IMG/VR virus record: IMGVR_UViG_3300037419_002757
Location: 1-56,857 of that record
Length of the DNA: 56,857 nt
Origin: a virus
Taxonomy: Duplodnaviria > Caudoviricetes
Reading direction: 5' to 3' (one strand)
Positions 8,535 through 18,562 of this stretch are shown piece by piece (position 1 is the first letter of the stretch; each line of letters starts with the position of its first letter). A program made the position numbers and the translations under genes. The notes under the pieces are model-generated. The model saw only the letters and a list, made by a program, of their open reading frames with translations. It was not told where the DNA came from and did no database searches.

Positions 8535-11500
8535 ATGGGACAGCTCGACGATCAGTACGCGGCCCTCCTCGCGGCGCAGAACCCCCCGCCCGCGACGCCC
8601 CCGACGAAGCCGAAGGCTACCGCGCCGACGACGCCGAGCGCGTCCACGCCCACCCGGCCCCCGGCGCCGGCCCCGGCACCGGACGAGGTTGTGAAGGCGT
8701 TGGCCAGGACGCCGGTCGCGCCCGTTCCGGACACCCCCGCTCCCGTCGGCCCGCCGAAGGCGAGCGCGGGGACGGAGACGGTGCTCAAGGGCGCGGCCGC
8801 GCTCGGCGCCTCGCCGGAGACGCTCGACACCGCGCGCCGCGCCGCCACGCTGCCGGGCTTCTTCACGCCCGACGACGTGCTGTCCGCCACCGTGCCGCAG
8901 GACCTCCAGACCGCCGCGGCGGACAAGCCCCCGGCGAAGGCCGGGGACGACAAGCCGTTCATCGAGCAGTCCGGTGCCCTCCCCGACACCGCCCGCCTGC
9001 TCATCAACCAGCAGGACCCCGCCGCCCACCGGCAGGTCGAGGCGTACTTCGCCGGGCTTCCGAAGCACAAGGACGTCGCCCTCGCGACGCCGGAGAGCGC
9101 GGGGGACGCCGAGGCCCGCGCGCTGGCGAAGGACACCTTCGGAGACCTGACCCCCGCGTCCGTGTCGGCGGGGGACATCAACTACACGAAGAAGGTGCAG
9201 AAGTTCCTCGACGAGCGGCAGGGGCAGTTGCTCCGCCGGTGGGGGTACTACGACCTCTCCGACACGCCGGAGGAGGCGCAGCGCCGCAACGACCTGCTCG
9301 CGCAGGCCGCGCAGCGCGCCCGCGGGGATCTCGTGCGGATGGCCCAGCTCGGCGTGGCGCCGACGCCCTTGGCCGCCGACCTCGCGACCATCCCCGACGC
9401 GGTGAAGGGCACGCCCGTCGAGACGGCGATGCGCGCGGTGCGCGCGGTCCTCCCGCAGCAGGAGATCCTCCCGGGCGGCCAGGCGTCCCGGTCGGAGGGC
9501 CTCGGGTGGTGGGCGCTCGGCACGCTCCAGATCCCCGAGTACCTCACGTCCGCGGGGCTCGACGACAAGCTCTCGTGGGAGGACGCGCTCTCCGGCCGGA
9601 AGGACCTCGTGACGGCGTACCTCGACCGGCACCCCGACGTCGCCGCCGACTTCGCCTCGGGCGACCCGGCGCGGTTCTCCCGGGCGACGGAGGTGCTCGG
9701 GCCGCTCATGGCCGCGTCGATGCTGTTCCCCGATCCGACGATGATCCTCTCCGGCGGCGCGAAGGCGGCGGGCAAGGCCGCCGAATACGCGGAGCTCGCC
9801 GGGCGGGTGACGAAGGAGATGCGGGAGGCGCGCGCCGCCGGCACCGCCGCGTCGCACCTGCTCGACCCCGCGGTGTGGCGCAGGGCGTCGGCGGGGCTGC
9901 ACGCCGAGCGCAGCGCGCTCAAGGCCGAGGCCGCCGCGAAGCTGGCGGCGGAGGGCGGCGAGGTGACGGCGACGGGGCTCGACGCCGAGGTGAAGGCGGC
10001 GGCCGCGCGCAAGGCCGCGCGCGAAGGCGTCGCCCGGAGCGTCGAGGCGGCGGACCGGGCGATGGCCGACGCCGGCGACGACTTCCGCGCCGCCGTCCGG
10101 GCCATCGAGAAGGACCACCCGGAGATGGCACGGGAGTGGACCGACCGGGTGCACGACGAGCTCCGGAAGGATCCCGACGTCGCCGCAGCCCTCGGCGACC
10201 GCCAGCGCGAGCGGATCCTCACCGGGGCGCCCCCACCCGCCCGCGACTTCGCCGCCGAGCGCGCGCGGCTCGAGCAGGACATCGCCGACCTCAAGACGGC
10301 GCAGAAGGCCGCCGACGACGAGGTGCGGGCGGGCCGCCCCGCCGTGCCCGGCGCGAACGCGCACTTCGCCGACGCGCGCAAGGCGAAGGCCGAGGAGATG
10401 CGGCGGCTCGACGCCGACGAGGCCGCCGCGCGCGGGGCGGCGAAGCTCGACGCCGCGGTGAACGCCGCCGGCCGGAAGGTGCTCGACGACATGAAGGCGA
10501 CGGTCGCCGGGACGCCGCGCCCGGCCCCCGCGCCGGTGCCCCCCGTGCCGCCCGCGTCCGACGCGAACGCCGCCCGGCTCGAGCAGGCGAAGACCGCGCT
10601 CGCCGACGCCCGGAAGCGGGAGCGGGAAGCCTCCGTCGCGTACGACACGGCGGTCGCCACGCGCGACACCGCGACGGCGGCCCACCGCAGCACGCTCGCC
10701 GAGGCGCTCCGGGCGCGGGACGCGGCGCGGGCGGACCTGCGCGCCGCCGAGGAGGCCGAGCGCGGGCTCGGGGACCTGACGCCCCCGCCGGCCGAGTCGA
10801 AGGCGCAGGCGACCGTCTACCACGGCACCTCGGACGCGACGTTCCAGAACTTCGACCCCTACCAGTCCGAGCACGGCCTGTTCGGGCAGGGGTCGTACTT
10901 CACGGAGAGCGAGGACATCGCCCGGGAGTACAAGTCCAAGGGCAGGGGGACGAAGCCCGGGGTCTACGAGGCGTCGCTCGACATCCGAAACCCGATCGAC
11001 ATGGACGCCCCGGCGGACATGGCGAAGTGGGAGGAGGTGCTCAAGCGCCGGGGCATCGACCTCGCCGACCTGCTGCCGAAGCGGAAGGTGCTGACGAACG
11101 AGATGGTCTACCGGGCGCTTGAGCAGGACTTCATCGACCGGGCCTACCCGAAGTGGGACGCGGCGCAGGAGATCCAGGACGTGCTCCGGGGGATGGGTCA
11201 CGACGGTATCACCCACGTCGGCGGCGGGCGTCACGCCGCATCGAAGGGCGTGAAGCATCGGGTGTGGATCGCCTTCGACCCCGAACAGATCGTGGCCGCG
11301 CGGCCGATGCTCGGCGACCGGAAGGCGGCGCACGCCGAGGCGCTGACCCGGGCGGAGCAGGCCCTCGCGGCGCACGGCGACCCCGGACACCCCCTCCGCG
11401 CCGCGGCGCGGGACGCGGAGGCCGCCGTCGCCCGGGCGGCGGCGGAGCGGGACGCGCGTGCCGCCGACCTCCAGCGGAGCCTCGCGGATGCGAAGGCGGC

Positions 11501-14500
11501 GCACGACGCCGTCGCGGCGGACAAGGCCCGGCTCGCGGAGCAGGCCCGCATCGCCCGCACCCCGCCGAAGCCGGTGAGCGTGCTGAATCCGGACGAGACG
11601 CTCGACGACCTCGCCCGGAGCTTCGCGCTCAACCGGCAGGCTACGAACAACGCGAACTTCCTGCTGGAGAAGAACGCCATCGTCAACCGCATCCGGGGTT
11701 CGTTAGCCGCCGTATGGCGCACGGGCGAGCGACTGCTCGTGCCGGCGCATGAGACGCTGGGGGCGAGCCTCCACCTCTTCACGCGGGAGCGGCTCGACGC
11801 CTTCTCCGGGGCCCGGAAGCTCGTGGAGCGGGAGGTGGCGCGGGCGCTCGACGCCTTCGACCCGGCAGCGACGGCGCTGCACCCCCGCGTGCGGAAGGTG
11901 CTGGAGGACCACACCGAAGCCTTCCGCATGGCGCTCTCGGCGAAGCAGGTCTCCCCCGAGGCGGTCGTCGTGGCGGCGCGGTCGTGGATCCGCCCCGGCG
12001 GCGGGCTCGACCCGGCGAGCGTGCGGCAGCTTCTCCAGGTCGTCGAGGACTGGCGCGCGGGCGGCGAGGACCTCCCGGCGCTCCGGGACGCGCTCGTCGC
12101 CGAGAGCCGGCGCATCGAGCAGGACGCCCCGACGCTCGTGCGCCTGCGCGCCGCGCAGCACGGCGACGCGACGTTCACCGACGCCGTCACCTTCAACACC
12201 CTGCGCTTCAGCCTGCTCAACGACCTGCGGTCCGAGGGCGTGGCGGTGTCCGTCGCGGACGGCGAGGCCGCGAACCGCTGGGCCGCCGCGACGGCGGACT
12301 CCGCGCGTGGGCGACAGGTCGTCGCGCGCGCCCTCGCCAACCCCTGCGCCTACCAGCCCCCGACGTTCGGGGCGCTGATCGAGGGCATCGCCGAGCACCA
12401 CGCCCGTCCGATGGTCCCCGCCGGCTCGGCCCCGCCGCGGCCGCTCTGGCAGGTCGGTCGGCTTGCGGCGCAGCGGGAGATGGAGCGGGACGTCGAGCAA
12501 CTTCTCGGCGTCGTCGTCAAGCTCGACGACTCCTCGACGTACCTGCCGCGCGCGGTGCGCGACCGGCTCGGCGCGCACCTCGACGGTGTCGTCGCGACCT
12601 ACCAGATGCCCCAATGGACCGGCACGACGCAACTGTTCCAGAGCTACTTCAAGCAGGCCAACACCACGGGGCTCCTGACGCTCCGGCCCATCTACTTCGT
12701 CAACAACAAGATCGGCGACTTCGACCAGGCCGCGACGATGGTGGGACTCAAGCCCGCCATGAAGATGACGTTGCAGTCCATGGTCACCGACCTGCTGGTG
12801 ACGAGCGGCCGCATCCCCGGCACGCCCATCCCCACGCCCCCGATCCTCCCGACCGCCGCGATGCTGCTGGATTGGGCGCAGAAGGCGGAGCCCGGCACGA
12901 CGCTGCGCAGGATGGACCGCTTCCTCGCGGTCAGCACGCTCGCGCTCGGCGGGGAGACGTCCGCCATCATGGACGGCATCGGCACGGTGACGCTCGGGGG
13001 CCGGACGTACGACGCGGCGCACCTCTACCGGGCGTGCCTCGACCACGGCGTCTTCGAGAACTTCATCGAGGGGGACCTCACCCGCACCGTCGCGCAGGCC
13101 ACGGTCGAGTCCGGCTTCGGGAAGTTCGGCCGCGCCGTCACCCGCTACGAGCGGAACCTCCGCGACACCGCCAACCTCGTCGCGACGCGGCGGCGCGTGG
13201 CCCTGTTCGCGGCGCTGCTCGACCGGGGCGCCTCGCCGGAGCAGGCCGCGACGCTCGTGCGGGAGACGCTCTACGACTACTCCCACTCCCTGCACCCCTT
13301 CGAGCGGGGGCTCCTCCAGACCATCTACCCCTTCTGGAACTTCGAGAAGAACAACAACTACCGGGTCTACAAGGCGTTCCGGAATCCCGGGAAGTGGACG
13401 TACTCCCTCGGGTGGGTGCCGGTGACGCCCGGATACCGCGCCAAGGGCGTGCACCTGGCGAAGAAGTACCTGACCGACGTGCTGTCCGCGGCGTTCGATT
13501 CGACCGACGAGTTCGGCTACGACGTCCACTCCATGCGGGAGGAGCCCGACCCGACGCTCCGGCAGGCGATGTACGACGACCTGCGGAAGCAGGGGCTCGA
13601 CGACGCCGCCATCGACGCCCGCATCACCGACGCCTTCCAGAAGGGGGAACTCCCGAACGCGGCGGTCCGCTACGAGAAGGTGCTGGCTGATCTCCGGGCA
13701 CAGGGCCTCACGACGGAGCAGATCCAGAAGGCTCTCCATCCCGAGAGGGGGAGCGCCGAGGGCATGGCGGACATGCGCGCGTACTACGCGCCGGATCCCA
13801 CGCGCCGGTTCCTGCCGGAGTGGGCCAGGAACCGCTACGCCGTGTGGCTCGGGGACCGCCGGTCCCAGGCCCTCGTGTCGTGGACACGGAAGGGCGTCGG
13901 GGCGTTCGAGGACTCCGGCGACTCCCGCGAGCTCGCCGCCATCGTCGAGGATTCCAACGGCGCGGCGCTCGGACGCGCGGCGTCGCTCATGGCGCTCGCC
14001 TTCGCGATGAAGGACGTGCTGACGTCGGAGCCCCGCGGCCCCGCCCGCGCCCGCGAAGCGGTGCGGGGGGTCGTCGGCTCCACGCCCTTCGAGACGCCGT
14101 CATCCCGGCTCGTGCTCTCCCTGTTCGGCCAGCTTCCCCGCGACGCGAATCGCCCGGTGAACCTGCCGGACGCCACGGGCGCGGCGTTCTACAAGCTGCT
14201 CGGGCCGGGCTTCGTCACCGACAACCGCACCCAGGCCCGGGGCGAGGACCCCTCCCAGGACGAGACGACCAAGTACCAGAGCCGGTACACGATGGACCCG
14301 ACGGCGGCGGCGTACATGTCGATGATCCTCGCCGGCATCGGTGCGGTGTCGATGGAGCAGTCGGCCGACGCCTGGGACGACGGCATCACGACGGGCATCA
14401 CCGGCATCCGCACCTACCACGCCTCGCTCGACAAGAACCGCGCCGAGGCCCGCCGGGAGGTGGGGCAGCGCCTCGAGGACTGGACGGCGGCGCTCCCGGC

Positions 14501-14798
14501 CGGCGCGTCGGCCCCCCTCCCCATCCCCGCCACGGAGCTGCGGAAGCGCGAGGACGTGGCGGTCGCCGGCACCGCCCCGTCGCCGGGGGATCTGGACGCC
14601 GCGCGCCGCGCCGTGGCGGGCTTCCGCCGGTTCGGCGCCCCGGGCGTGACACGGGAGGACATGGCGCAGGCCCGCCGGTGGCTCGCGTCGCAGGGCGTCG
14701 CCGCCGACACGCTCAAGGACGCGCAGGTCGTGGACGAGGTGGAGAAGCGGATGCAGCCGCCGGACGCGGCGGGGAAGGACTTGACGGCCTCGCCGTAG
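8535..14798 (+). CDS. Large internal virion / polyvalent protein with an ADP-ribosyltransferase-like (ART-PolyVal) domain
   Basis: 2087 aa. YHGT...F..FD...GLFGQGSYFTES..IA.EY...VYEASLDIRNP...GHDGI...WIAFDPEQI at about 10812-11291. C-terminal 'RETLYDYS..L.PFER.....YPFWNF' is typical of large phage ejection proteins. Confidence 0.8.
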   Translation: MGQLDDQYAALLAAQNPPPATPPTKPKATAPTTPSASTPTRPPAPAPAPDEVVKALARTPVAPVPDTPAPVGPPKASAGTETVLKGAAALGASPETLDTARRAATLPGFFTPDDVLSATVPQDLQTAAADKPPAKAGDDKPFIEQSGALPDTARLLINQQDPAAHRQVEAYFAGLPKHKDVALATPESAGDAEARALAKDTFGDLTPASVSAGDINYTKKVQKFLDERQGQLLRRWGYYDLSDTPEEAQRRNDLLAQAAQRARGDLVRMAQLGVAPTPLAADLATIPDAVKGTPVETAMRAVRAVLPQQEILPGGQASRSEGLGWWALGTLQIPEYLTSAGLDDKLSWEDALSGRKDLVTAYLDRHPDVAADFASGDPARFSRATEVLGPLMAASMLFPDPTMILSGGAKAAGKAAEYAELAGRVTKEMREARAAGTAASHLLDPAVWRRASAGLHAERSALKAEAAAKLAAEGGEVTATGLDAEVKAAAARKAAREGVARSVEAADRAMADAGDDFRAAVRAIEKDHPEMAREWTDRVHDELRKDPDVAAALGDRQRERILTGAPPPARDFAAERARLEQDIADLKTAQKAADDEVRAGRPAVPGANAHFADARKAKAEEMRRLDADEAAARGAAKLDAAVNAAGRKVLDDMKATVAGTPRPAPAPVPPVPPASDANAARLEQAKTALADARKREREASVAYDTAVATRDTATAAHRSTLAEALRARDAARADLRAAEEAERGLGDLTPPPAESKAQATVYHGTSDATFQNFDPYQSEHGLFGQGSYFTESEDIAREYKSKGRGTKPGVYEASLDIRNPIDMDAPADMAKWEEVLKRRGIDLADLLPKRKVLTNEMVYRALEQDFIDRAYPKWDAAQEIQDVLRGMGHDGITHVGGGRHAASKGVKHRVWIAFDPEQIVAARPMLGDRKAAHAEALTRAEQALAAHGDPGHPLRAAARDAEAAVARAAAERDARAADLQRSLADAKAAHDAVAADKARLAEQARIARTPPKPVSVLNPDETLDDLARSFALNRQATNNANFLLEKNAIVNRIRGSLAAVWRTGERLLVPAHETLGASLHLFTRERLDAFSGARKLVEREVARALDAFDPAATALHPRVRKVLEDHTEAFRMALSAKQVSPEAVVVAARSWIRPGGGLDPASVRQLLQVVEDWRAGGEDLPALRDALVAESRRIEQDAPTLVRLRAAQHGDATFTDAVTFNTLRFSLLNDLRSEGVAVSVADGEAANRWAAATADSARGRQVVARALANPCAYQPPTFGALIEGIAEHHARPMVPAGSAPPRPLWQVGRLAAQREMERDVEQLLGVVVKLDDSSTYLPRAVRDRLGAHLDGVVATYQMPQWTGTTQLFQSYFKQANTTGLLTLRPIYFVNNKIGDFDQAATMVGLKPAMKMTLQSMVTDLLVTSGRIPGTPIPTPPILPTAAMLLDWAQKAEPGTTLRRMDRFLAVSTLALGGETSAIMDGIGTVTLGGRTYDAAHLYRACLDHGVFENFIEGDLTRTVAQATVESGFGKFGRAVTRYERNLRDTANLVATRRRVALFAALLDRGASPEQAATLVRETLYDYSHSLHPFERGLLQTIYPFWNFEKNNNYRVYKAFRNPGKWTYSLGWVPVTPGYRAKGVHLAKKYLTDVLSAAFDSTDEFGYDVHSMREEPDPTLRQAMYDDLRKQGLDDAAIDARITDAFQKGELPNAAVRYEKVLADLRAQGLTTEQIQKALHPERGSAEGMADMRAYYAPDPTRRFLPEWARNRYAVWLGDRRSQALVSWTRKGVGAFEDSGDSRELAAIVEDSNGAALGRAASLMALAFAMKDVLTSEPRGPARAREAVRGVVGSTPFETPSSRLVLSLFGQLPRDANRPVNLPDATGAAFYKLLGPGFVTDNRTQARGEDPSQDETTKYQSRYTMDPTAAAYMSMILAGIGAVSMEQSADAWDDGITTGITGIRTYHASLDKNRAEARREVGQRLEDWTAALPAGASAPLPIPATELRKREDVAVAGTAPSPGDLDAARRAVAGFRRFGAPGVTREDMAQARRWLASQGVAADTLKDAQVVDEVEKRMQPPDAAGKDLTASP

Positions 14799-14816
14799 TC
14801 GTGCTACTACTGGTAG
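14781..14816 (+). promoter_or_regulatory. Promoter for moron 5, with a CTACTGGTAG dyad
   Basis: TTGACG-N18-TACTAC with TG extension; AAGGAG RBS downstream. Confidence 0.55.
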
Positions 14817-14837
14817 GCGTACAAGGAGAACACGCGC

Positions 14838-15164
14838 ATGTCCGACCCCTACATCGTAGAACGTCACGACCTCGGCCGGGAGGCGTGGGCTGTATTCACC
14901 GGATGCGAAGGCGAGGATCCTCACCTCGTGGCGCTGGTGTTCGACAAGGAGTTGGCCGAGAAGATGTGCCGGGCGATCGATCCTGATCCTGCCGAGGACG
15001 GCAGGCACCTGTGCTTCGACGCCGATGTCGTCGTTGCGATCGCGTCCGTGGACATCACGGTCTCCGTCCTCAACGACTACCGATACACGGACATCTCGCA
15101 CGAGGATTTTGCCCGCATCCTGCGGGAAGGCAACATCGTCACGCCCGGCGCGGTCGCCCCGTAG
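14838..15164 (+). CDS. Moron 5: acidic hypothetical protein
   Basis: 108 aa with own promoter and RBS. Confidence 0.75.
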   Translation: MSDPYIVERHDLGREAWAVFTGCEGEDPHLVALVFDKELAEKMCRAIDPDPAEDGRHLCFDADVVVAIASVDITVSVLNDYRYTDISHEDFARILREGNIVTPGAVAP

Positions 15165-15167
15165 ACC

Positions 15168-15196
15168 TTGCGCTCCGGCGCGTCGCGAAGTAGTCT
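15168..15196 (+). promoter_or_regulatory. Promoter for the fibre/lysis operon
   Basis: TTGCGC-N17-TAGTCT. Confidence 0.5.
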
Positions 15197-15252
15197 CGTA
15201 CTCGGCAACTCGACCGGACGCGCGCCGCGCCGGTCCCCGCCGAGGAGCTCCC

Positions 15253-16626
15253 TTGCCGACGATCACCGCCCCCGCCATCTACCCCGGTCAGATCAGCCCG
15301 AAGAAGCGGGGGGAGCTGGTCTACAACGACTCCGGCGGCACGCTCTCCGCCGGCACGCTCGTCTACGTGACGGGGTGGTCCGAGGCAACGAGCCGCTCCG
15401 ACACCTCCGTCCGCAAGGTGCAGAAGGCCGACGCGGACGTGAGCGGCGCCGCGGCGATGTACGTCGTGAAGGACGCCATCGTCTCCGGCAAGCAGGGCCG
15501 GGTCTACAAGGCGTGGCGCTCGGCCGCCAACCTCAACACGAACGGCGCCACCGTCGGCGACCCGGTGTACCTCTCGACCACGGCGGGGGGCTGGACGCTC
15601 ACCGCGCCGACCGCGCTCAACGCGCGCGTGCAGATCGTCGGCCGCGTGGCCGTCGTCTCCTCGACCGTCGGCGTCGTCGAGTTCTTCGTCGAGGACCAGC
15701 CCCAGGGCAAGATCCCCGCGGGTGACATCCAGGGCGGCGGCTACGCCTCCGGCGGGCTCACGGTCTCCAACGCCACCGGCTCCTCCATCGCCGCCGACAA
15801 GCTCGTCGCCGTCGTCGGGTGGGACGGGACGAACGGGTGCCCCTCCATCGCGCTCGCGGACGCGGACGCGGGGGTGAAGCTCGCGACGTTCGTGACGACG
15901 GCCGCCATCGCCGACGGGGCGACCGGCACCGTCTACAAGACGGCGCTCTCCAGCGCGTCGCTCAACACGAACGCCGGGAACGTCGGCGACCCGGTGTACC
16001 TCGACACGACGGCGGGCGGGTGGACGCTGACCGCCCCGACCGCAGCGAACGCGACGGTGCAGATCCTCGGCCGCATCAAGGTGAAGTCGGCCACTGTCGG
16101 CCAGATCGCGTGGGACCTCTACGGGAACTACCCGTTCTCGAAGATCGGGACCAACGAGATCCAGGACGCCGCCGTCACGAACGCCAAGGTGGACACCACC
16201 CTCATCCAGCACGCGGCGGTGTCGCTCACGAGCGCGCAGGTCAAGGCGCTCCGCGCCTCGCCGATCACGCTCGTCGCGGCCCCGGGCGCCGGGTTCCTCA
16301 TCGAGTTCGTCAGCGCCGTGCTGCTCCTCGACTACGGCGGCACGAACGTGTTCACGGAGTCGGGGAACAACCTCGCCGTCAAGTACACCGACGGCTCGGG
16401 CACGGCGGTCAGCCAGACGATCGAGATGACGGGCTTCATCGACCAGTCGGCCGACACCCGGACCAACGCGCTGCCCTCCATCGACAGCATCGTGGCGAAG
16501 TCCGGGTGCGAGAACAAGGCGCTCGTGCTCCACAACACCTCGGGGGCGGAGATCGCCGGCAACGCCGGCGCCGACAACGTCGTGCGGGTGAAGGTCGCCT
16601 ACCGCGTCCACGCGACGGGTTGGTAG
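15253..16626 (+). CDS. Virion structural protein with two tandem capsid-cement/fibre-like domains
   Basis: TTG start after GAGGAG. Duplicated domain ..LNTN...VGDPVYL.TTAGGWTLTAPTA.NA.VQI.GR.., also visible as a DNA repeat near 15551 and 15981. Confidence 0.75.
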   Translation: MPTITAPAIYPGQISPKKRGELVYNDSGGTLSAGTLVYVTGWSEATSRSDTSVRKVQKADADVSGAAAMYVVKDAIVSGKQGRVYKAWRSAANLNTNGATVGDPVYLSTTAGGWTLTAPTALNARVQIVGRVAVVSSTVGVVEFFVEDQPQGKIPAGDIQGGGYASGGLTVSNATGSSIAADKLVAVVGWDGTNGCPSIALADADAGVKLATFVTTAAIADGATGTVYKTALSSASLNTNAGNVGDPVYLDTTAGGWTLTAPTAANATVQILGRIKVKSATVGQIAWDLYGNYPFSKIGTNEIQDAAVTNAKVDTTLIQHAAVSLTSAQVKALRASPITLVAAPGAGFLIEFVSAVLLLDYGGTNVFTESGNNLAVKYTDGSGTAVSQTIEMTGFIDQSADTRTNALPSIDSIVAKSGCENKALVLHNTSGAEIAGNAGADNVVRVKVAYRVHATGW

Positions 16627-16629
16627 TCC

Positions 16630-17046
16630 GTGTCCGTCGTCACCGACCAGTACATCGGCTTCACCTCCGCCGACGTCGGCGCGGCCGCCGTCGCCGGGGA
16701 CGGAGAGGTCGTGCTCTCCTTCGGCACCACGCTCGCCGGGTTTTCCGTCCCGGCGGCGCTCCGGCGCCGGAAGGTCGTGCTCTGGCGGGTGGACTTCAAG
16801 CGCAAGACCGGCGGGTCGGCGACGAACTACACACCCGCGCTGGCGGACGCGTCGGGGGCGTCGAGCTCGGACTGGAGCGTGAAGTACCTCGGTGCGGCGA
16901 CGGCGCCGGGGACGCGCTTCTCCGTCACCGACATCGAGATGCCGATGTACACCGACAACGGCACCACGAACAAGCTGTACCTGAAGCTCAACGGGGACGC
17001 GGCGGACACCTTCGACTACGAAGTCTGGTTCCGAGCGACGAAGTAG
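16630..17046 (+). CDS. Hypothetical virion protein
   Basis: 138 aa, beta-rich, tightly packed in the operon. Confidence 0.7.
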   Translation: MSVVTDQYIGFTSADVGAAAVAGDGEVVLSFGTTLAGFSVPAALRRRKVVLWRVDFKRKTGGSATNYTPALADASGASSSDWSVKYLGAATAPGTRFSVTDIEMPMYTDNGTTNKLYLKLNGDAADTFDYEVWFRATK

Positions 17047-17135
17047 TGGCGACCACCGTGCGGCCCGTCCGCTCCACCAGCCCGTCGAGCACGACGCGGC
17101 CCGCGACGGAGTCCACCTACCGGGCGGCGCGCTGA
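17046..17135 (+). CDS. 29-aa micro-ORF MATTVRPVRSTSPSSTTRPATESTYRAAR
   Basis: Overlaps both neighbours (TAGTG and TGATG) and exactly fills the gap. Confidence 0.55.
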   Translation: MATTVRPVRSTSPSSTTRPATESTYRAAR

Positions 17136-18562
17136 TGTCCACCACGCAGCGCCCGGTGCGGTTCGGCTACCCGCTGGCCGCGAGCGACGTCGGGTTCATC
17201 GACACCGACACCTCGCTCACCGCCGACAGCGACAGCCTCGTGCCATCGCAGCACGCGGTCCGCACGTTCGTCAATGCGCTGCTGACGGGGGTGTGGAAGC
17301 TCAAGGGCACGTTGAACTGCTCGTCCAACCCCAACTACCCGTCGGCGACGCAGAGCGACGCGTACGTCGCCAGCGCCGCGGGGAAGGTGGGCGGGGCGTC
17401 GGGCACGACCGTCGAGGTGGGGGACTTCATCTTCGCCCTCGCCACGAACGCGGGCGGGACGCAGGCGTCCGTCGGCACGTCGTGGACGGTCATCCAGGCG
17501 AACCTCGTCAGCGCGCTCACGACCGCGACGGTGTGGAGCGGGGACCTCGGCGGCACCGGCGCGAGCCCCACCGTCCTCGCGCTGGAGGAGTCCGGCGGCC
17601 AGCGCCTCGCGCTCGGCGCCATCGCCGACGGACAGCGCCTCCAGCGCGTCGGGACCTCGCTCGTCGGCGTGGCGATGCTGTCCGCCCTCTTCGGCGACGG
17701 CTCCGACGGCGCGGTGACGTTCGACGGGTCGGCGACCGTGCTCGGGCTGGTGCCGAGCGGGGGCGTCTACACGCTCACCAGCGACATCTTCCTCGCGGAC
17801 GGGTCGTCGATCACCAACGCGGCGACCATCAAGGGCGGCGGCTTCGTCATCTACTGCAACGGGCTCCTGACGCACGATGGGGTTGCCCACGCCGACGGGA
17901 ACGCCGCCTCCGGCGCCACGGCGGGGGCAGGCCTGGGCGGCGCCTCGACCGGCACCCTCTGGAACAACGGCTCGGGTGCGGGCGCGGCCGGGCGGTCCAC
18001 GACGGGATCGGGCAGCAACGCCGGCGGCGTGACGAACTGCCCCCTCGGCGCGGGCGGGAACGGCGGCGGCGACGGCACCCACTCCGGCGGCAACGGCGCG
18101 ACGGCGACGGCGCCGTCCGCGACGCTCGGCTCGCACAAGTCGCTGATGTGGTCGCTGCTGAACTGCCGCTACATCACGGCGGCTGCGAGCGCGTCGTTGC
18201 AGGCGCCGGGCCTCGGGCCGGGCGGCGGGTCGGGCGCGTGCGACATCTCGGGCGGCGGCACCGCGACGTCGGGCGGCGGCGGGGGCGGCGCGGCCATCCT
18301 CGCGATCCGGGCCCGGCGGCTCGCGGGCTCGGGCACCATCCGTGCCAACGGCGGCCGCGGCGGCGACGCGGTGCAGTCGGGCGCCGGGAAGGCCGGCGGC
18401 GGAGGCGGGGGCTCGGGCGGCTTCGTGGACATCATCACGACCTCGACGTCCGTGTCGGTGACGACGCAGGCGAACGGCGGATCGGGCGGCAGCGGGGCGG
18501 GCACGGGCGGGGCCTCCGGCACCTCGGGCTCGGCCGGCATCATCATGGTGAGGACGGTCTGA
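17135..18562 (+). CDS. Glycine-rich tail fibre / receptor-binding protein
   Basis: 475 aa with FGDGSDGA motif and GGGGGSGG / ANGG repeats. Confidence 0.75.
   Translation: MSTTQRPVRFGYPLAASDVGFIDTDTSLTADSDSLVPSQHAVRTFVNALLTGVWKLKGTLNCSSNPNYPSATQSDAYVASAAGKVGGASGTTVEVGDFIFALATNAGGTQASVGTSWTVIQANLVSALTTATVWSGDLGGTGASPTVLALEESGGQRLALGAIADGQRLQRVGTSLVGVAMLSALFGDGSDGAVTFDGSATVLGLVPSGGVYTLTSDIFLADGSSITNAATIKGGGFVIYCNGLLTHDGVAHADGNAASGATAGAGLGGASTGTLWNNGSGAGAAGRSTTGSGSNAGGVTNCPLGAGGNGGGDGTHSGGNGATATAPSATLGSHKSLMWSLLNCRYITAAASASLQAPGLGPGGGSGACDISGGGTATSGGGGGGAAILAIRARRLAGSGTIRANGGRGGDAVQSGAGKAGGGGGGSGGFVDIITTSTSVSVTTQANGGSGGSGAGTGGASGTSGSAGIIMVRTV

Noticed and set aside
4264-13739. Very long antisense ORFs (1299, 1066 and 678 aa) and similar ones elsewhere
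   Set aside because: These are shadow frames of high-GC coding genes, rich in Arg/Gly/Val/Leu, with no motifs or RBS.
15530-16070. Direct repeat as a DGR template/variable pair
   Set aside because: No reverse transcriptase, and differences are mostly synonymous rather than adenine-specific, so it is an in-frame domain duplication.
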